A DNA stretch of 64,000 bases from Verrucomicrobiota bacterium (GTDB lineage: Bacteria; Verrucomicrobiota; Verrucomicrobiia; Chthoniobacterales; JAFAMB01), in the NCBI GenBank assembly GCA_041167675.1, contig JBEEIB010000146.1, positions 2,935-66,934 on the forward strand, read 5' to 3'. The translations under genes were made by a program, and so were the position numbers. This document shows, piece after piece, positions 54,077 through 63,388 of this stretch (position 1 is its first letter; every line of letters begins with the position of its first letter). The notes under the pieces were generated by a model, which was not told the origin of the DNA, did not search any database, and was given only the letters and a program-made list of their open reading frames with translations.

Positions 54077-55510
54077 TCACTGGATCATGGCCGTCAGCAC
54101 CGTCCGTGGACCAAGATCAACGGACAGCACACCATGCGAATACTTCGCCTGATGCGACGCCTTTTCGTTCATCGGTCCATTCGAATCGAAGCCGCGAATC
54201 GCGGAAATTTTTCCCCGGACTGCACCATCAAATTCGATCTGAAGCGTTCGAGTTGTCGACGTCAGATTCGCTAACGCTACGACCAGCGTTCTCGATGTTT
54301 GAAATGCGGCTCCGGCAAATCCAAAAGGGCTCCTATCCGGATGCGCTACCCGAACATCTTTAGATAATAGCTGAAGAAAAGATTGAAGAGCGCTCGCGAC
54401 GGGCTTCCGTTGGCCGGTTTCGTCCAGCAACCCGAATGCATCATGGCCCCAGGAAGGATCCTCTGCTTGCCAAAAAGAAACCTGGTTCGCACCATCGGCA
54501 ATCAGCTTCAGTGCTTCGCCAGCCACCGAGACGCCAAAATCGGCGGAGCTGGCTGCATTATTCTCGCTGCGCGCTTCGGGTCCGGCGTCGTACGGTGTTC
54601 GGCTCCAGCGCGGACTTTCGCTAGTGAACTCGGTAACAACAATGGGCAATCCGTGAGCCTGGCTTAGTAAGTTGAGCGGCACACCGGCGAAACCGGCTGG
54701 TTCTGGACGCTTGGTTGTGTCGTAGTCGTGCCATGAGAGCTGTTGGAGTATCGAAATGTGTCCGGTTCGTTCCAGCTCTTGCAGGTATGCGCCGATGGTG
54801 AACCCCGTGCTGACGCCCGGTCCTTCGATCCCGGCCTTGATTGCACGTTCCTCAAAGTTCGCTTTTACGTTGCAGAGTAGGGAATCGTATTCCTCGGGAG
54901 TGTAGTTGGTGTTCGAGGCTCCGTCCGGCTCGTTGATTAATTCGACCGCAACTGGACCGATCCCAAATCGCTTGAGATAAAGCAGGTGGGCCACAATCCA
55001 ATTCGAAAAATCCTGAATATGGCCCGGCTCGACATGGCTGCGTTCCTTGCCGTCGCTTCCATGAACCGAGACGCACCAAGGGGGCGGCATCTGCCAGAAA
55101 ACTAAATGGCTCTGGACTTTCAAGGCGCCGAGTTCTTGTTGAAACTGGCGTAGCATTTCGGCCTGCTGCTGGTCCTCGTGTTTCGTAATGACATTGAGAA
55201 TCTCGTTAACCGACATGTGATCTTTAAGTTCGTCCTCAGGGATCTCAGGTGTGACGCTGAACCGCACCCAGCTGACATTTAGATCGCGAATCAAAGCGTC
55301 TCGTTCTGCTCGATGATCCGTCTGCGGCCATACTTGAAGACCGAACCCGGCGAATTGGTGGGAAGCTTTGAAGCTAAAGAGGATGTGATCCTGTGCGAGC
55401 CCAACGGTCGGACCAATCAAAATATTTGCGAGAAAAAATAAACTCCCAAAAATCGCCTGACGAATACAACACATGAGGAAGCCAAAGGTGCGCGAAAGAA
55501 CGATATACAC
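54077..55510 (-). CDS. Secreted clan GH-A glycoside hydrolase (GH30/GH5-like TIM barrel)
   Basis: It has a signal-like N-terminus. The candidate acid/base motif is VELINEPD and the candidate nucleophile motif is IVVTEFT. The C-terminal domain is beta-rich. Confidence 0.75.
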   Translation of the reverse strand: MYIVLSRTFGFLMCCIRQAIFGSLFFLANILIGPTVGLAQDHILFSFKASHQFAGFGLQVWPQTDHRAERDALIRDLNVSWVRFSVTPEIPEDELKDHMSVNEILNVITKHEDQQQAEMLRQFQQELGALKVQSHLVFWQMPPPWCVSVHGSDGKERSHVEPGHIQDFSNWIVAHLLYLKRFGIGPVAVELINEPDGASNTNYTPEEYDSLLCNVKANFEERAIKAGIEGPGVSTGFTIGAYLQELERTGHISILQQLSWHDYDTTKRPEPAGFAGVPLNLLSQAHGLPIVVTEFTSESPRWSRTPYDAGPEARSENNAASSADFGVSVAGEALKLIADGANQVSFWQAEDPSWGHDAFGLLDETGQRKPVASALQSFLQLLSKDVRVAHPDRSPFGFAGAAFQTSRTLVVALANLTSTTRTLQIEFDGAVRGKISAIRGFDSNGPMNEKASHQAKYSHGVLSVDLGPRTVLTAMIQ

Positions 55511-55600
55511 AAGCGGCAGGGATGGGCTCTCGACTTCGTCGGGCGCTGCCCATACGCGTCAATATAAGGAGGCGACACCCAGGAAAGGGCGAGTGGACGA

Positions 55601-55754
55601 AGGGCTCTGTCGGCGTGATCTGCCCATAGCAGGGCGAAAACCTCGGCGCGCTTAGTAGGCACGCCTTTTCGTTACGCTTCCCCGATGCGTCGGGTTTGAG
55701 CCATTTCGTTGCCCGCCGATTAGAGTAGTGGGCAGATCACGCCGACAGATCCCT
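55601..55754. repeat. MITE-like element: 26-bp terminal inverted repeats (one mismatch) enclosing copy C of the GAAAACCTCGGCGC family
   Basis: AGGGCTCTGTCGGCGTGATCTGCCCA (55601-55626) pairs with TGGGCAGATCACGCCGACAGATCCCT (55729-55754). The core is GCAGGGCGAAAACCTCGGCGC...GTCGGGTTTGAGCCAT. Confidence 0.8.
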
Positions 55755-55834
55755 TCGTCCGTCCGGTTCATTCACCACAGTCGTTCAAACAGAACCGGAC
55801 CGGACGCGCAGGAGCGCATTCCTACCGTTATCGC

Positions 55835-56545
55835 TCACGGCTCATTCTCCGTTACACCCGGAGAATCAATAAATGGCAACGGTTGCTTTTTGAGGCCAAG
55901 TTCCGCATCCAACAGGTTCCGCGATTGCTCCACACTTGTTTTCAATGATTGATAGGTGGCGACAAGCGCAAAGGCACCGGCGTGTCTGGCGTAGGTGGTA
56001 TCCGCGGGAATGCCGAGCGGCTGCGACGCGCGTACAGTCATTTTGTCTTCGATTCGATTATAGTTTTGATATTGATCGATCAAGCGCTTGGCCAGCATGA
56101 AGGTCCGCACCAGACTGGTACGAAGTGTTTCATTTTCGATCAGGCCAATTTGCGCAGCGTTAGAATCGAAGATGCTGAAATAACTCTGGTAGCAGGGCCA
56201 ATACGGTAGAAGCTTTTTCTTTGGATCGAGAGTCTCGATCGGTCGGGCGATGTCCTCGGCCATCATCAACCAAAGTTGAATCAACTCTTCTCGGATGGCG
56301 TGTAAAACACCTAGAATCCGCTCCCGCTCCGCGGCGCGTTCTCGCAAACGATGAAGTTCTGCTTCTTCGAACTGAATTTTACTCGCGTTCCGGTAGGCGA
56401 ATCGCGCCGCCAATAGTGCTCCAGTTATTGCAATGAAGGCCGCAAACGCGGAAGTCACGGACAGAAGCCAGGCGGAAGGAGAAAACTGGGAACAAAAATC
56501 GGAGATGGCGTGAAGCAATTGTTTCAGCAAGAAGCCCGCATCCAT
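55835..56545 (-). CDS. Hypothetical membrane-anchored protein
   Basis: A 236-aa ORF with one TM helix (WLLSVTSAFAAFIAITGALLAA) followed by helical, charged sequence. I recognise no family. Confidence 0.55.
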   Translation of the reverse strand: MDAGFLLKQLLHAISDFCSQFSPSAWLLSVTSAFAAFIAITGALLAARFAYRNASKIQFEEAELHRLRERAAERERILGVLHAIREELIQLWLMMAEDIARPIETLDPKKKLLPYWPCYQSYFSIFDSNAAQIGLIENETLRTSLVRTFMLAKRLIDQYQNYNRIEDKMTVRASQPLGIPADTTYARHAGAFALVATYQSLKTSVEQSRNLLDAELGLKKQPLPFIDSPGVTENEP

Positions 56546-56872
56546 TTTGATAGCAGATTCGATAGAGGACCTTTCATCTCAACTAAACATTCTGGTTCAG
56601 TTTAGCCGGATAGCGGCACGCCGCCTCTCCATCTAATTAACCAAAGAAACGCTCGGGACCAGCCCAAAGTTTCCGCTTGCGTCGAATTTCCCGCTAGGCG
56701 CCCCCTGCCAGGTCAGACGTGACTGCCATTTTCCTACGACGATTTTCGCTGGCCGATTTCACTCGGCATCGCATTACTCTGGCCGGGATTCTGCGAGATG
56801 CCGTTGACGGTGAAGCGGGGTTAGTTTTATCGCACCATTGGCAGTAGAAACCGCCAATCGCTATACGAGATA

Positions 56873-56935
56873 GTAGACGCACCTTCTAGGTGCGGAATAT
56901 CGGCAACTTTCGCAGCTGGAAGCTGCGGCTACTTC
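56873..56935 (+). repeat. Two-hairpin element, copy 2
   Basis: AGTAGACGCACCTTCTAGGTGCGGAATATC...TCGCAGCTGGAAGCTGCGGCTACTT matches 14157..14218. Confidence 0.6.
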
Positions 56936-57086
56936 ACCGATACGCTACGCGCCTGCCCGTTGGCAAGCCTCCTACTTGTGAGACGATGCAATAGAGAAGG
57001 CAAAGTACTTGTTACAGGCGATTAATCCGTTGACGTCGCTCACCGCTCTCGGCGTTGCCACCGCTCCCAGCGTTATTCCAAGTTGA

Positions 57087-57980
57087 GTGACCGACCGATC
57101 CGTGCATCGTCTACCCATGCAAGGGACCCAGGAGTTCAACGAAGACGATGTCAAATACCAACGCTCGATCAGGCGCAGGATCATCTGGCGGCTGATTATT
57201 TATCTCGGCGGCGGCGCGCTCGTCCTTTTTTTGGTCATACTTTTTATTACCAATCCGGGACTGCTTTCCGGTCCAATGGAGTATCTGCAGTCCCTAAGCC
57301 AGGGAAAATCGGCGCAGTCGCGAACTCAGGCTGGCGCTTCCGCTTCCCCGGTTGCGACCAAGACTCTTAACACACCTGAGGATTACCTGGATCTGGTATT
57401 AACCGATGCTTCAAAGTTGTCGAAGGACCAATATGAGTTGGTTCAGATTTTCAACGGCGCTCTGAATCGGCTTACTATGGTGGACAAAAGCGAAGCAAAT
57501 GCCAAAGCCACCGCCGGACCTATCATTTTGCAAAATGTTTCGTCGGCGCAAAGCAAAGAAGACTTCGACAAGATCCGAGCGGCCGCTGATTCTTTGAAAA
57601 CCACGGCCACCAGAGATTTAAACTCTCTCCAATCATTCGAAAAGGATATCACCGTTCCTCTACAAGGGGCCGGAGTTAAGCCTCCGATGGATGCGCAGGT
57701 GGCCAGCGCTCTTGCCAACAAGACAAATGTTCCCGATAAGATTCAGAAAGCGGATAACGCGATTAAATTCGGAGACGCCTCCACGGCCTATTGCGATTTC
57801 CTCGAGAAAAACCGCGCGGACTGGTCATTTAAGGGGCAGGGTCGCGCATTTAAGGACAGAAAAATCCTCGACGAGGCCGTTGCGCTCGGGAAACAGTTCA
57901 CCCAATCCGCCGTTGATGCAGGCTTCCAGTTTAACGTCGCAGAAGGTTCCGCTTCTCCCTCCGCGTCGAAAACGCCGTGA
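57087..57980 (+). CDS. Hypothetical membrane-anchored protein
   Basis: The ORF has one TM helix (IIWRLIIYLGGGALVLFLVILFI) and a long helical domain. The start may be the ATG at 57117. Confidence 0.55.
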   Translation: MTDRSVHRLPMQGTQEFNEDDVKYQRSIRRRIIWRLIIYLGGGALVLFLVILFITNPGLLSGPMEYLQSLSQGKSAQSRTQAGASASPVATKTLNTPEDYLDLVLTDASKLSKDQYELVQIFNGALNRLTMVDKSEANAKATAGPIILQNVSSAQSKEDFDKIRAAADSLKTTATRDLNSLQSFEKDITVPLQGAGVKPPMDAQVASALANKTNVPDKIQKADNAIKFGDASTAYCDFLEKNRADWSFKGQGRAFKDRKILDEAVALGKQFTQSAVDAGFQFNVAEGSASPSASKTP

Positions 57981-57987
57981 GCGGCGG

Positions 57988-58118
57988 GAGAAGTGACTGG
58001 TGATTGGTGAAAAGCAAAACAAAACAAACTTGCCTTGTTTGATCGAGCAAGGAAAGCCAGGCGAAGTACTTGTTGCGCGCCCCTAATCCGTTGCCCCTTG
58101 TCACCAATCACACTTCTC
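57988..58118. repeat. Imperfect inverted repeat (GAGAAGTG..TGATTGGTGA / TCACCAATCACACTTCTC) enclosing a 35-bp motif shared with 57009..57043
   Basis: The left arm is 57988-58010 and the right arm is 58101-58118. The internal GGCGAAGTACTTGTTGCGCGCCCCTAATCCGTTGC matches GGCAAAGTACTTGTTACAGGCGATTAATCCGTTGA. Confidence 0.5.
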
Positions 58119-58166
58119 ACTTCTCACCGCGCTACCGGCGTTCTCATCCGCTATCGGCTATTCGCG

Positions 58167-60101
58167 TTAGCGATCCAGCCAAGCCGGGGCCCGGTCCCAA
58201 GGTTCCATGCGATGACGCCCACGGACCTTTAACTGACAATTCAGATGCCACGGCACATCCATGATCAGAATCCGGTTTCGCCCCTTCAACAACAATACGG
58301 TACGTAAAATTGCCGCTCGCTGATTATGCAAAAAGCTGTAATACCAATGCGACTCGACCAATTGCGGGATCAGAACGACGATTGAATTGTCCGGATTCTC
58401 TCGCTCCAACTTCCAGATATAATCCAAAGTCGGAGCGACTACTTGCCGATAGGGCGATTTCAAAACGACAACTTCGGGCGCAGGTAAGCGGCTCTGTTTG
58501 ATTGCCGGCTTGACGTATTTATTCCAATCGCCCGCAAAATCTTCTTCACTATCCTCATGTTCGACATGAACCACATGCACTTTTTTGGTGACAGCAAACG
58601 CTGTTTGGAGCGCTCGAGCCGATACTGAGTTGAGATGATCGAGCGGTACGACCGCGATTAACGGGCTCGGTTCGCGCAGCGAGATTGGCCCCGAGATAGC
58701 AATCTCCTCGGCCACATCACGGTAGTGCCACTCGATCGCCTGCATGATCAGAAACAACAGGGGAAGCACAATCAAGACGATCCAGGCTCCCTCGGCGAAT
58801 TTCGTTACGATCACAATGAGGAGTGTTACGCCGGTCGCAAACGCGCCAACGCCGTTGATGATCGCGCTCAAGTACGCGTTTGGTTCCTGCGACTTTAGCC
58901 AATGCATAACCATTCCCGCTTGGGAGAGCGTAAACGCCAAAAAGGCGCCAACCGCGAACAAAGGGATGAGTCGATCAGTGACTCCGTTGAATACGAAAAG
59001 CAGTATTCCGGCTAGTGCAGTGAGCAGGACAATGCCCTGGGTGTAGACCAGGCGACGGCCGCGAACTCCGAATGAGGACGGTAGAAATCCATCGATCGAA
59101 ACCGTCCGGCAAACGCGCGGAAAATCCGCGAAGGAGGTGTTCGCCGACAAGCAGAGTACGAGCAGGACTGCGACCATCGTAACGTAGTAAAAAACGCCGC
59201 GTCCAGCGACTGCAGCGGTAACCAGGGAAAGAATGCTTTGGTAATTGGCGGAGCCTGGTTCGGTGGCGGTAATTTGATACGCAGATACCAGGTAAGCGAT
59301 CCCGAGCAGCAGGATGATCAGGATCGCTACGATAAAGGTCAGAGTCAATCGAGCCGATTTCACCGCCGGTTCTTTGAATACCGGAACGCCGTTGCTGACC
59401 GCCTCGACACCGGTCATAGCGGTGCAACCCGCGGCGAAGGCCTTCAGGAAGAGCCACAGGCTAATGGTTGTCTGTGGTGGGGGTGGGGAGGGCAGCTCGG
59501 CCAGCGGTTGTGGATGGCCACCGCTCAAGATCGTTTTAACAATCCCGATCAGACAGACGAGCATTAGACAGCCGATGAAGAGATAGGTAGGCGGCATGAA
59601 GGCCAGCCCGGCCTCGCGCAATCCACGTAAATTCATGAACGCTAATAGAGCGAGCACGGTCAAGCAGAGAACCAGGGTATGCGGTTGCAAGGCTGGGAAG
59701 GCGGAAACTAAGGCACCGATTCCCGCCGAAATCCCCACCGCTACGTTGAGCGTGTAATCAACCATCAACGCCACGGCGGCGCCCAATCCTGCGTGTTTTC
59801 CTAGATTCTGTTTTGCAACGGTATAGGACCCGGCGCCTTGAGGATAGGCGGCGATAGTTTGGCGATAGCTAAAATAAACGATGACGAGGATGGCAGAAAC
59901 CGCGACGGTAATCGGAATTCCTAAGCCGACTCCGGCCAGTCCGAGCGGGATCAAGATGGTAAGAGCCGCCTCCGGCCCGTAAGCAGCGGAGCTGAGGGCG
60001 TCCAATCCAAAAACGGAAACTCCGGCGAACGATCCGATGCGTTCTTGTTGATCTTCGCTGGAGGCCAGAGGGCGCCCAAGAATGAAGTCGAGCAAAGCCA
60101 T
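58167..60101 (-). CDS. APC-superfamily amino acid/polyamine permease with a C-terminal cytoplasmic domain
   Basis: A 644-aa ORF. It has about 12 TM segments starting SVFGLDALSSAAYGPEAAL, followed by a roughly 170-aa soluble tail. Confidence 0.85.
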   Translation of the reverse strand: MALLDFILGRPLASSEDQQERIGSFAGVSVFGLDALSSAAYGPEAALTILIPLGLAGVGLGIPITVAVSAILVIVYFSYRQTIAAYPQGAGSYTVAKQNLGKHAGLGAAVALMVDYTLNVAVGISAGIGALVSAFPALQPHTLVLCLTVLALLAFMNLRGLREAGLAFMPPTYLFIGCLMLVCLIGIVKTILSGGHPQPLAELPSPPPPQTTISLWLFLKAFAAGCTAMTGVEAVSNGVPVFKEPAVKSARLTLTFIVAILIILLLGIAYLVSAYQITATEPGSANYQSILSLVTAAVAGRGVFYYVTMVAVLLVLCLSANTSFADFPRVCRTVSIDGFLPSSFGVRGRRLVYTQGIVLLTALAGILLFVFNGVTDRLIPLFAVGAFLAFTLSQAGMVMHWLKSQEPNAYLSAIINGVGAFATGVTLLIVIVTKFAEGAWIVLIVLPLLFLIMQAIEWHYRDVAEEIAISGPISLREPSPLIAVVPLDHLNSVSARALQTAFAVTKKVHVVHVEHEDSEEDFAGDWNKYVKPAIKQSRLPAPEVVVLKSPYRQVVAPTLDYIWKLERENPDNSIVVLIPQLVESHWYYSFLHNQRAAILRTVLLLKGRNRILIMDVPWHLNCQLKVRGRHRMEPWDRAPAWLDR

Positions 60102-60297
60102 AGGCCGACAGTCCGTTAAGTTCGTGGTACGTCAAACTTTCGGTCTCGGACGGTCGCCCGAAGACTTCTCACCTTCTGGGAACAAAAGGAATGTGGGCCG
60201 GCCAGTTGGTTGATCGATTTAGCCGGAAAGATCATCGAGGACAGTTGGCGGTCCGACGCAGTGGGTATAGCTTAAAAAAGTACGATGGAGGTGTGTC

Positions 60298-60783
60298 ATG
60301 GAAATACCGAACAAACTGATTAACTATTTGAACGAAAAAGAAGTCGGCTACGAAATACTGCATCATCCAGAAGCCTTTACCGCTCAAACCATTGCGGCGG
60401 CAGAGCATATCAAGGGTCGTCACCATGCCAAGGTGGTCATGGTAAAATCGGGAGGCGAGCACTTGATGACTGTGTTGCCAGCGGATAGTCGAGTGGATCT
60501 CGAAAAACTTGAGAAGTTAACCGGAAAACCTGCTTCACTGGAAAGCGAAGCAGAATTCAAAGATCTGTTTCCCGACTGTGCGCCTGGTACGATGCCTCCA
60601 TTTGGCGACCTTTATGGAGTACCGACCTATGTCGACAGCAATTTGACCAATGAGGATTACATCGTTTTCGAAGCTGGTACTCACACCGACGCCATACGGC
60701 TGGCCTATAGTGATTACGAACGGACGGCAAAGCCGCGAGTTGAAGAGTTTGCCGTGAAGCTTCAATCCGTTAAGCGAGCATAG
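60298..60783 (+). CDS. YbaK/EbsC-type aminoacyl-tRNA deacylase domain protein
   Basis: HAKVVMVKSGGEHLMTVLPADSRVDLEKLEKLTG... and PGTMPPFGDLYGVPTYVD are present. Confidence 0.8.
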   Translation: MEIPNKLINYLNEKEVGYEILHHPEAFTAQTIAAAEHIKGRHHAKVVMVKSGGEHLMTVLPADSRVDLEKLEKLTGKPASLESEAEFKDLFPDCAPGTMPPFGDLYGVPTYVDSNLTNEDYIVFEAGTHTDAIRLAYSDYERTAKPRVEEFAVKLQSVKRA

Positions 60784-60849
60784 CCGATAGCAAAATTGGG
60801 CGATCAGAACGATAATGGTCGTTCAGGTAAAAAGTAGAAAGGCAATTTT

Positions 60850-61581
60850 ATGCGAGGTGCACCTTTGCAAGCATTTAGCAGCTACCTTTCATCGCAGGCA
60901 GCTGCCCAGGAAAAAGCCTATCAGACGCAGCAACCGTCAATCACCATCTCTCGCGAGACGGGGTCGGGAGCGGTTACCATCGCGCAGATGTTAGTTGAGC
61001 AGTTGAATGCGGCTTCGAAGTCATCCGGTAACCCGGCCGGCTGGATGGTCTTTGATAGGAACTTGGCGAAACAAGTTTTATCCGATCATGAACTTCCACA
61101 GAACTTAGAACGATTCGTGGTCGAAGATGCGCGGTTGCCAGTCGAGGCGATCGTCGAGGAATTGCTCGGTCTTCATCCGACCCAGTGGACTCTCGTCCAA
61201 CACACAACGAAAACGATTCTTCGCCTGGCGAGTTTAGGTCGTGCGATTCTGGTAGGCCGTGGGGCGGAAGCTATTACGAGCCGTCTGCCGTTTGTTTTCC
61301 ATGTTCGCTTGGTTGCGCCGTTAGAGAACCGGATTCAGCATGCCAGTCGCTATTATAATCTCACGGAAGAGAACGCAGCTAAAATGATCAAGGAGGCGGA
61401 TCATGCACGACGTCGCTACCTCCGACGCTATTTCGATGCCGATGTCGATGACCCATTGCTCTACGACGTCGTACTCAATACCGGAAGATTGGGTTTCGTT
61501 CGGACGGCGGAACTTATCGCCCAGGCGGCAATGAGACATTACGCTGAATTTCTCGAGACGCGGCCTAGCTACACCGGCTAG
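60850..61581 (+). CDS. Cytidylate-kinase-like family protein
   Basis: ITISRETGSGAVTIAQML is a P-loop-like motif, and the C-terminus contains ARRRYLRRYF, as in the cytidylate kinase-like family. Confidence 0.75.
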   Translation: MRGAPLQAFSSYLSSQAAAQEKAYQTQQPSITISRETGSGAVTIAQMLVEQLNAASKSSGNPAGWMVFDRNLAKQVLSDHELPQNLERFVVEDARLPVEAIVEELLGLHPTQWTLVQHTTKTILRLASLGRAILVGRGAEAITSRLPFVFHVRLVAPLENRIQHASRYYNLTEENAAKMIKEADHARRRYLRRYFDADVDDPLLYDVVLNTGRLGFVRTAELIAQAAMRHYAEFLETRPSYTG

Positions 61582-61656
61582 CGCAGCAAACTGATGCTAT
61601 TTGGGCTTTGAACCGTCGGGCGTCATTGCACGCCGGCGCCGATTCGTGGCAAGCTG

Positions 61657-62034
61657 GTGCCCATGAAACGAATGCGGTGGTTTCGAATACCCGATATGAA
61701 TTGTCGAGCAAATGGGAGCTACGGTGCCAAGGTCGCCGCTTTGCTGGCAGGTACCGAGGCAGCAAGATCTCGCGCTACAATCGCGGAAGCCGCGGGGGCC
61801 AAGGCGACGGCCGCTGTAGCAATGGGTACGTTAGCGGTCGGGGCGTTGGCGGTCGGCTTCTTTGTCATCGGGCGTCTGATTATTCGGGAACTGCTGGTAA
61901 AGCGAGTTCATCTGGGCCATCTCAAGATCGATCAGCTTGACGTGGAAGACTTGCGGGTAAGCAGACTAACCGTGCTGGAGGAGCAACGTTCGGCCGGCGG
62001 TCCGGCGCATCCATCTAATGAGCCGGGTCCTTAA
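61657..62034 (+). CDS. Small hypothetical membrane protein
   Basis: An Ala/Gly-rich TM segment AMGTLAVGALAVGFFVIGRLII is followed by VKRVHLGHLKIDQLDVEDLRV. The start is uncertain. Confidence 0.45.
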   Translation: MPMKRMRWFRIPDMNCRANGSYGAKVAALLAGTEAARSRATIAEAAGAKATAAVAMGTLAVGALAVGFFVIGRLIIRELLVKRVHLGHLKIDQLDVEDLRVSRLTVLEEQRSAGGPAHPSNEPGP

Positions 62035-62069
62035 GCTGGAGCTTTTCGCGACCTCTCCCTTCACCTATT

Positions 62070-63278
62070 ATGGTCACCGTGACAACCGGTGTGCACCACA
62101 TTCTCGTTATCAACAGTGGTAGTTCATCGCTGAAGTTCTCGCTTCTGGATGTTCAATCGGAATCCGTGATTGCAAGTGGGATCGCGGAGCGCTTAGGAAC
62201 GAAGGAAGCTTCACTGAACTTCAGCGCCAACGGTGCCGAAAAGATTGGAGAACCTCTGCCAAATGCGGATCATCGAGCGGCCTTGCGTCGGGTGGTCGAT
62301 CACATCTTGGCTTTGGTGCCTCATGAGGTCGACGCGCTCGGTCACCGCATCGTTCACGGCGGCGAGTATTTTCGGGACGCGGTGATTGTCGACGACGAAG
62401 TGATTAAGCGGATCGAGGAATTGAGTGACTTGGCGCCCCTCCACAACCCGCCGGGTGCTCAGGGCATCCGCGTCGCATCGGAGCTATTTCCCCAGAAGCC
62501 CCAGGTCGCCGTGTTTGACACCGCTTTCCACCAAACGCTTCCACCGCACGCGTTCCATTATGCGATTCCGCCGGAATTCTACTCGAAGCATCGCATCCGC
62601 CGGTACGGATTTCACGGGACAAGCAACCAGTATATAACTCAGGAACTGGCAAGACGGCTTGGCCGGCCCCTGACCGAACTCCAGGTTCTGACTGCCCACT
62701 TAGGCAATGGCTGCAGCGCCACCGCCGTGAAACAGGGCAAAAGCGTGGATACTACCATGGGATTGACTCCACTGGAGGGCGTGGTCATGGGGACGCGCAG
62801 CGGAGATGTCGACCCGAGTCTTCACCTTTTCTTGCAGGAACGAGAGGGATTTAGCCTAGGAGCGATCACTGATATTCTGACCCGGAAAAGCGGTCTTCTT
62901 GGTGTCTCCGGGGTGAGCCAGGACATGCGATCGATTCTCCAGGCAATCGACTCCGGGAACGATCGGGCCCATCTTGCGGTTGATCTTTTCTGCTACCGGC
63001 TCGCCCGTGCGCTGCTCGGATTGGCGGCCGGTTTGCAAAGGATTGACGGGCTTATCTTCACGGGCGGCATCGGCGAGAACAGCGCAATCATTCGGGCGCG
63101 AACGCTAAAGCACTTACAAATTCTCCGGCCGGAGATCAACGAGACCTGGAATCAGCAACATGGCCGAGAAAGCAACGGGCGGATCACGGAGGAAACGGGA
63201 TTGGCTTGTTTTGTTGTCCCGACAAACGAAGAACTGATGATTGCTCGGCAAACCGCCGCTTTGGCGCTGAGACGCTAA
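62070..63278 (+). CDS. ackA: Acetate kinase
   Basis: ILVINSGSSSLKFSL, GHRIVHGG, AFHQTLP, RYGFHGTS, AHLGNGCS and FTGGIGENS are present. Confidence 0.95.
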   Translation: MVTVTTGVHHILVINSGSSSLKFSLLDVQSESVIASGIAERLGTKEASLNFSANGAEKIGEPLPNADHRAALRRVVDHILALVPHEVDALGHRIVHGGEYFRDAVIVDDEVIKRIEELSDLAPLHNPPGAQGIRVASELFPQKPQVAVFDTAFHQTLPPHAFHYAIPPEFYSKHRIRRYGFHGTSNQYITQELARRLGRPLTELQVLTAHLGNGCSATAVKQGKSVDTTMGLTPLEGVVMGTRSGDVDPSLHLFLQEREGFSLGAITDILTRKSGLLGVSGVSQDMRSILQAIDSGNDRAHLAVDLFCYRLARALLGLAAGLQRIDGLIFTGGIGENSAIIRARTLKHLQILRPEINETWNQQHGRESNGRITEETGLACFVVPTNEELMIARQTAALALRR

Positions 63279-63388
63279 AGCGGATGACAGATGACAAAGG
63301 CTGCGGCTCAGATGCGAATTTTTCCGTTTGCGCTCTCATTGTTTGAATTTGTGATCTGTCATTTGGCATCTGCCATATTTCACTGGCC

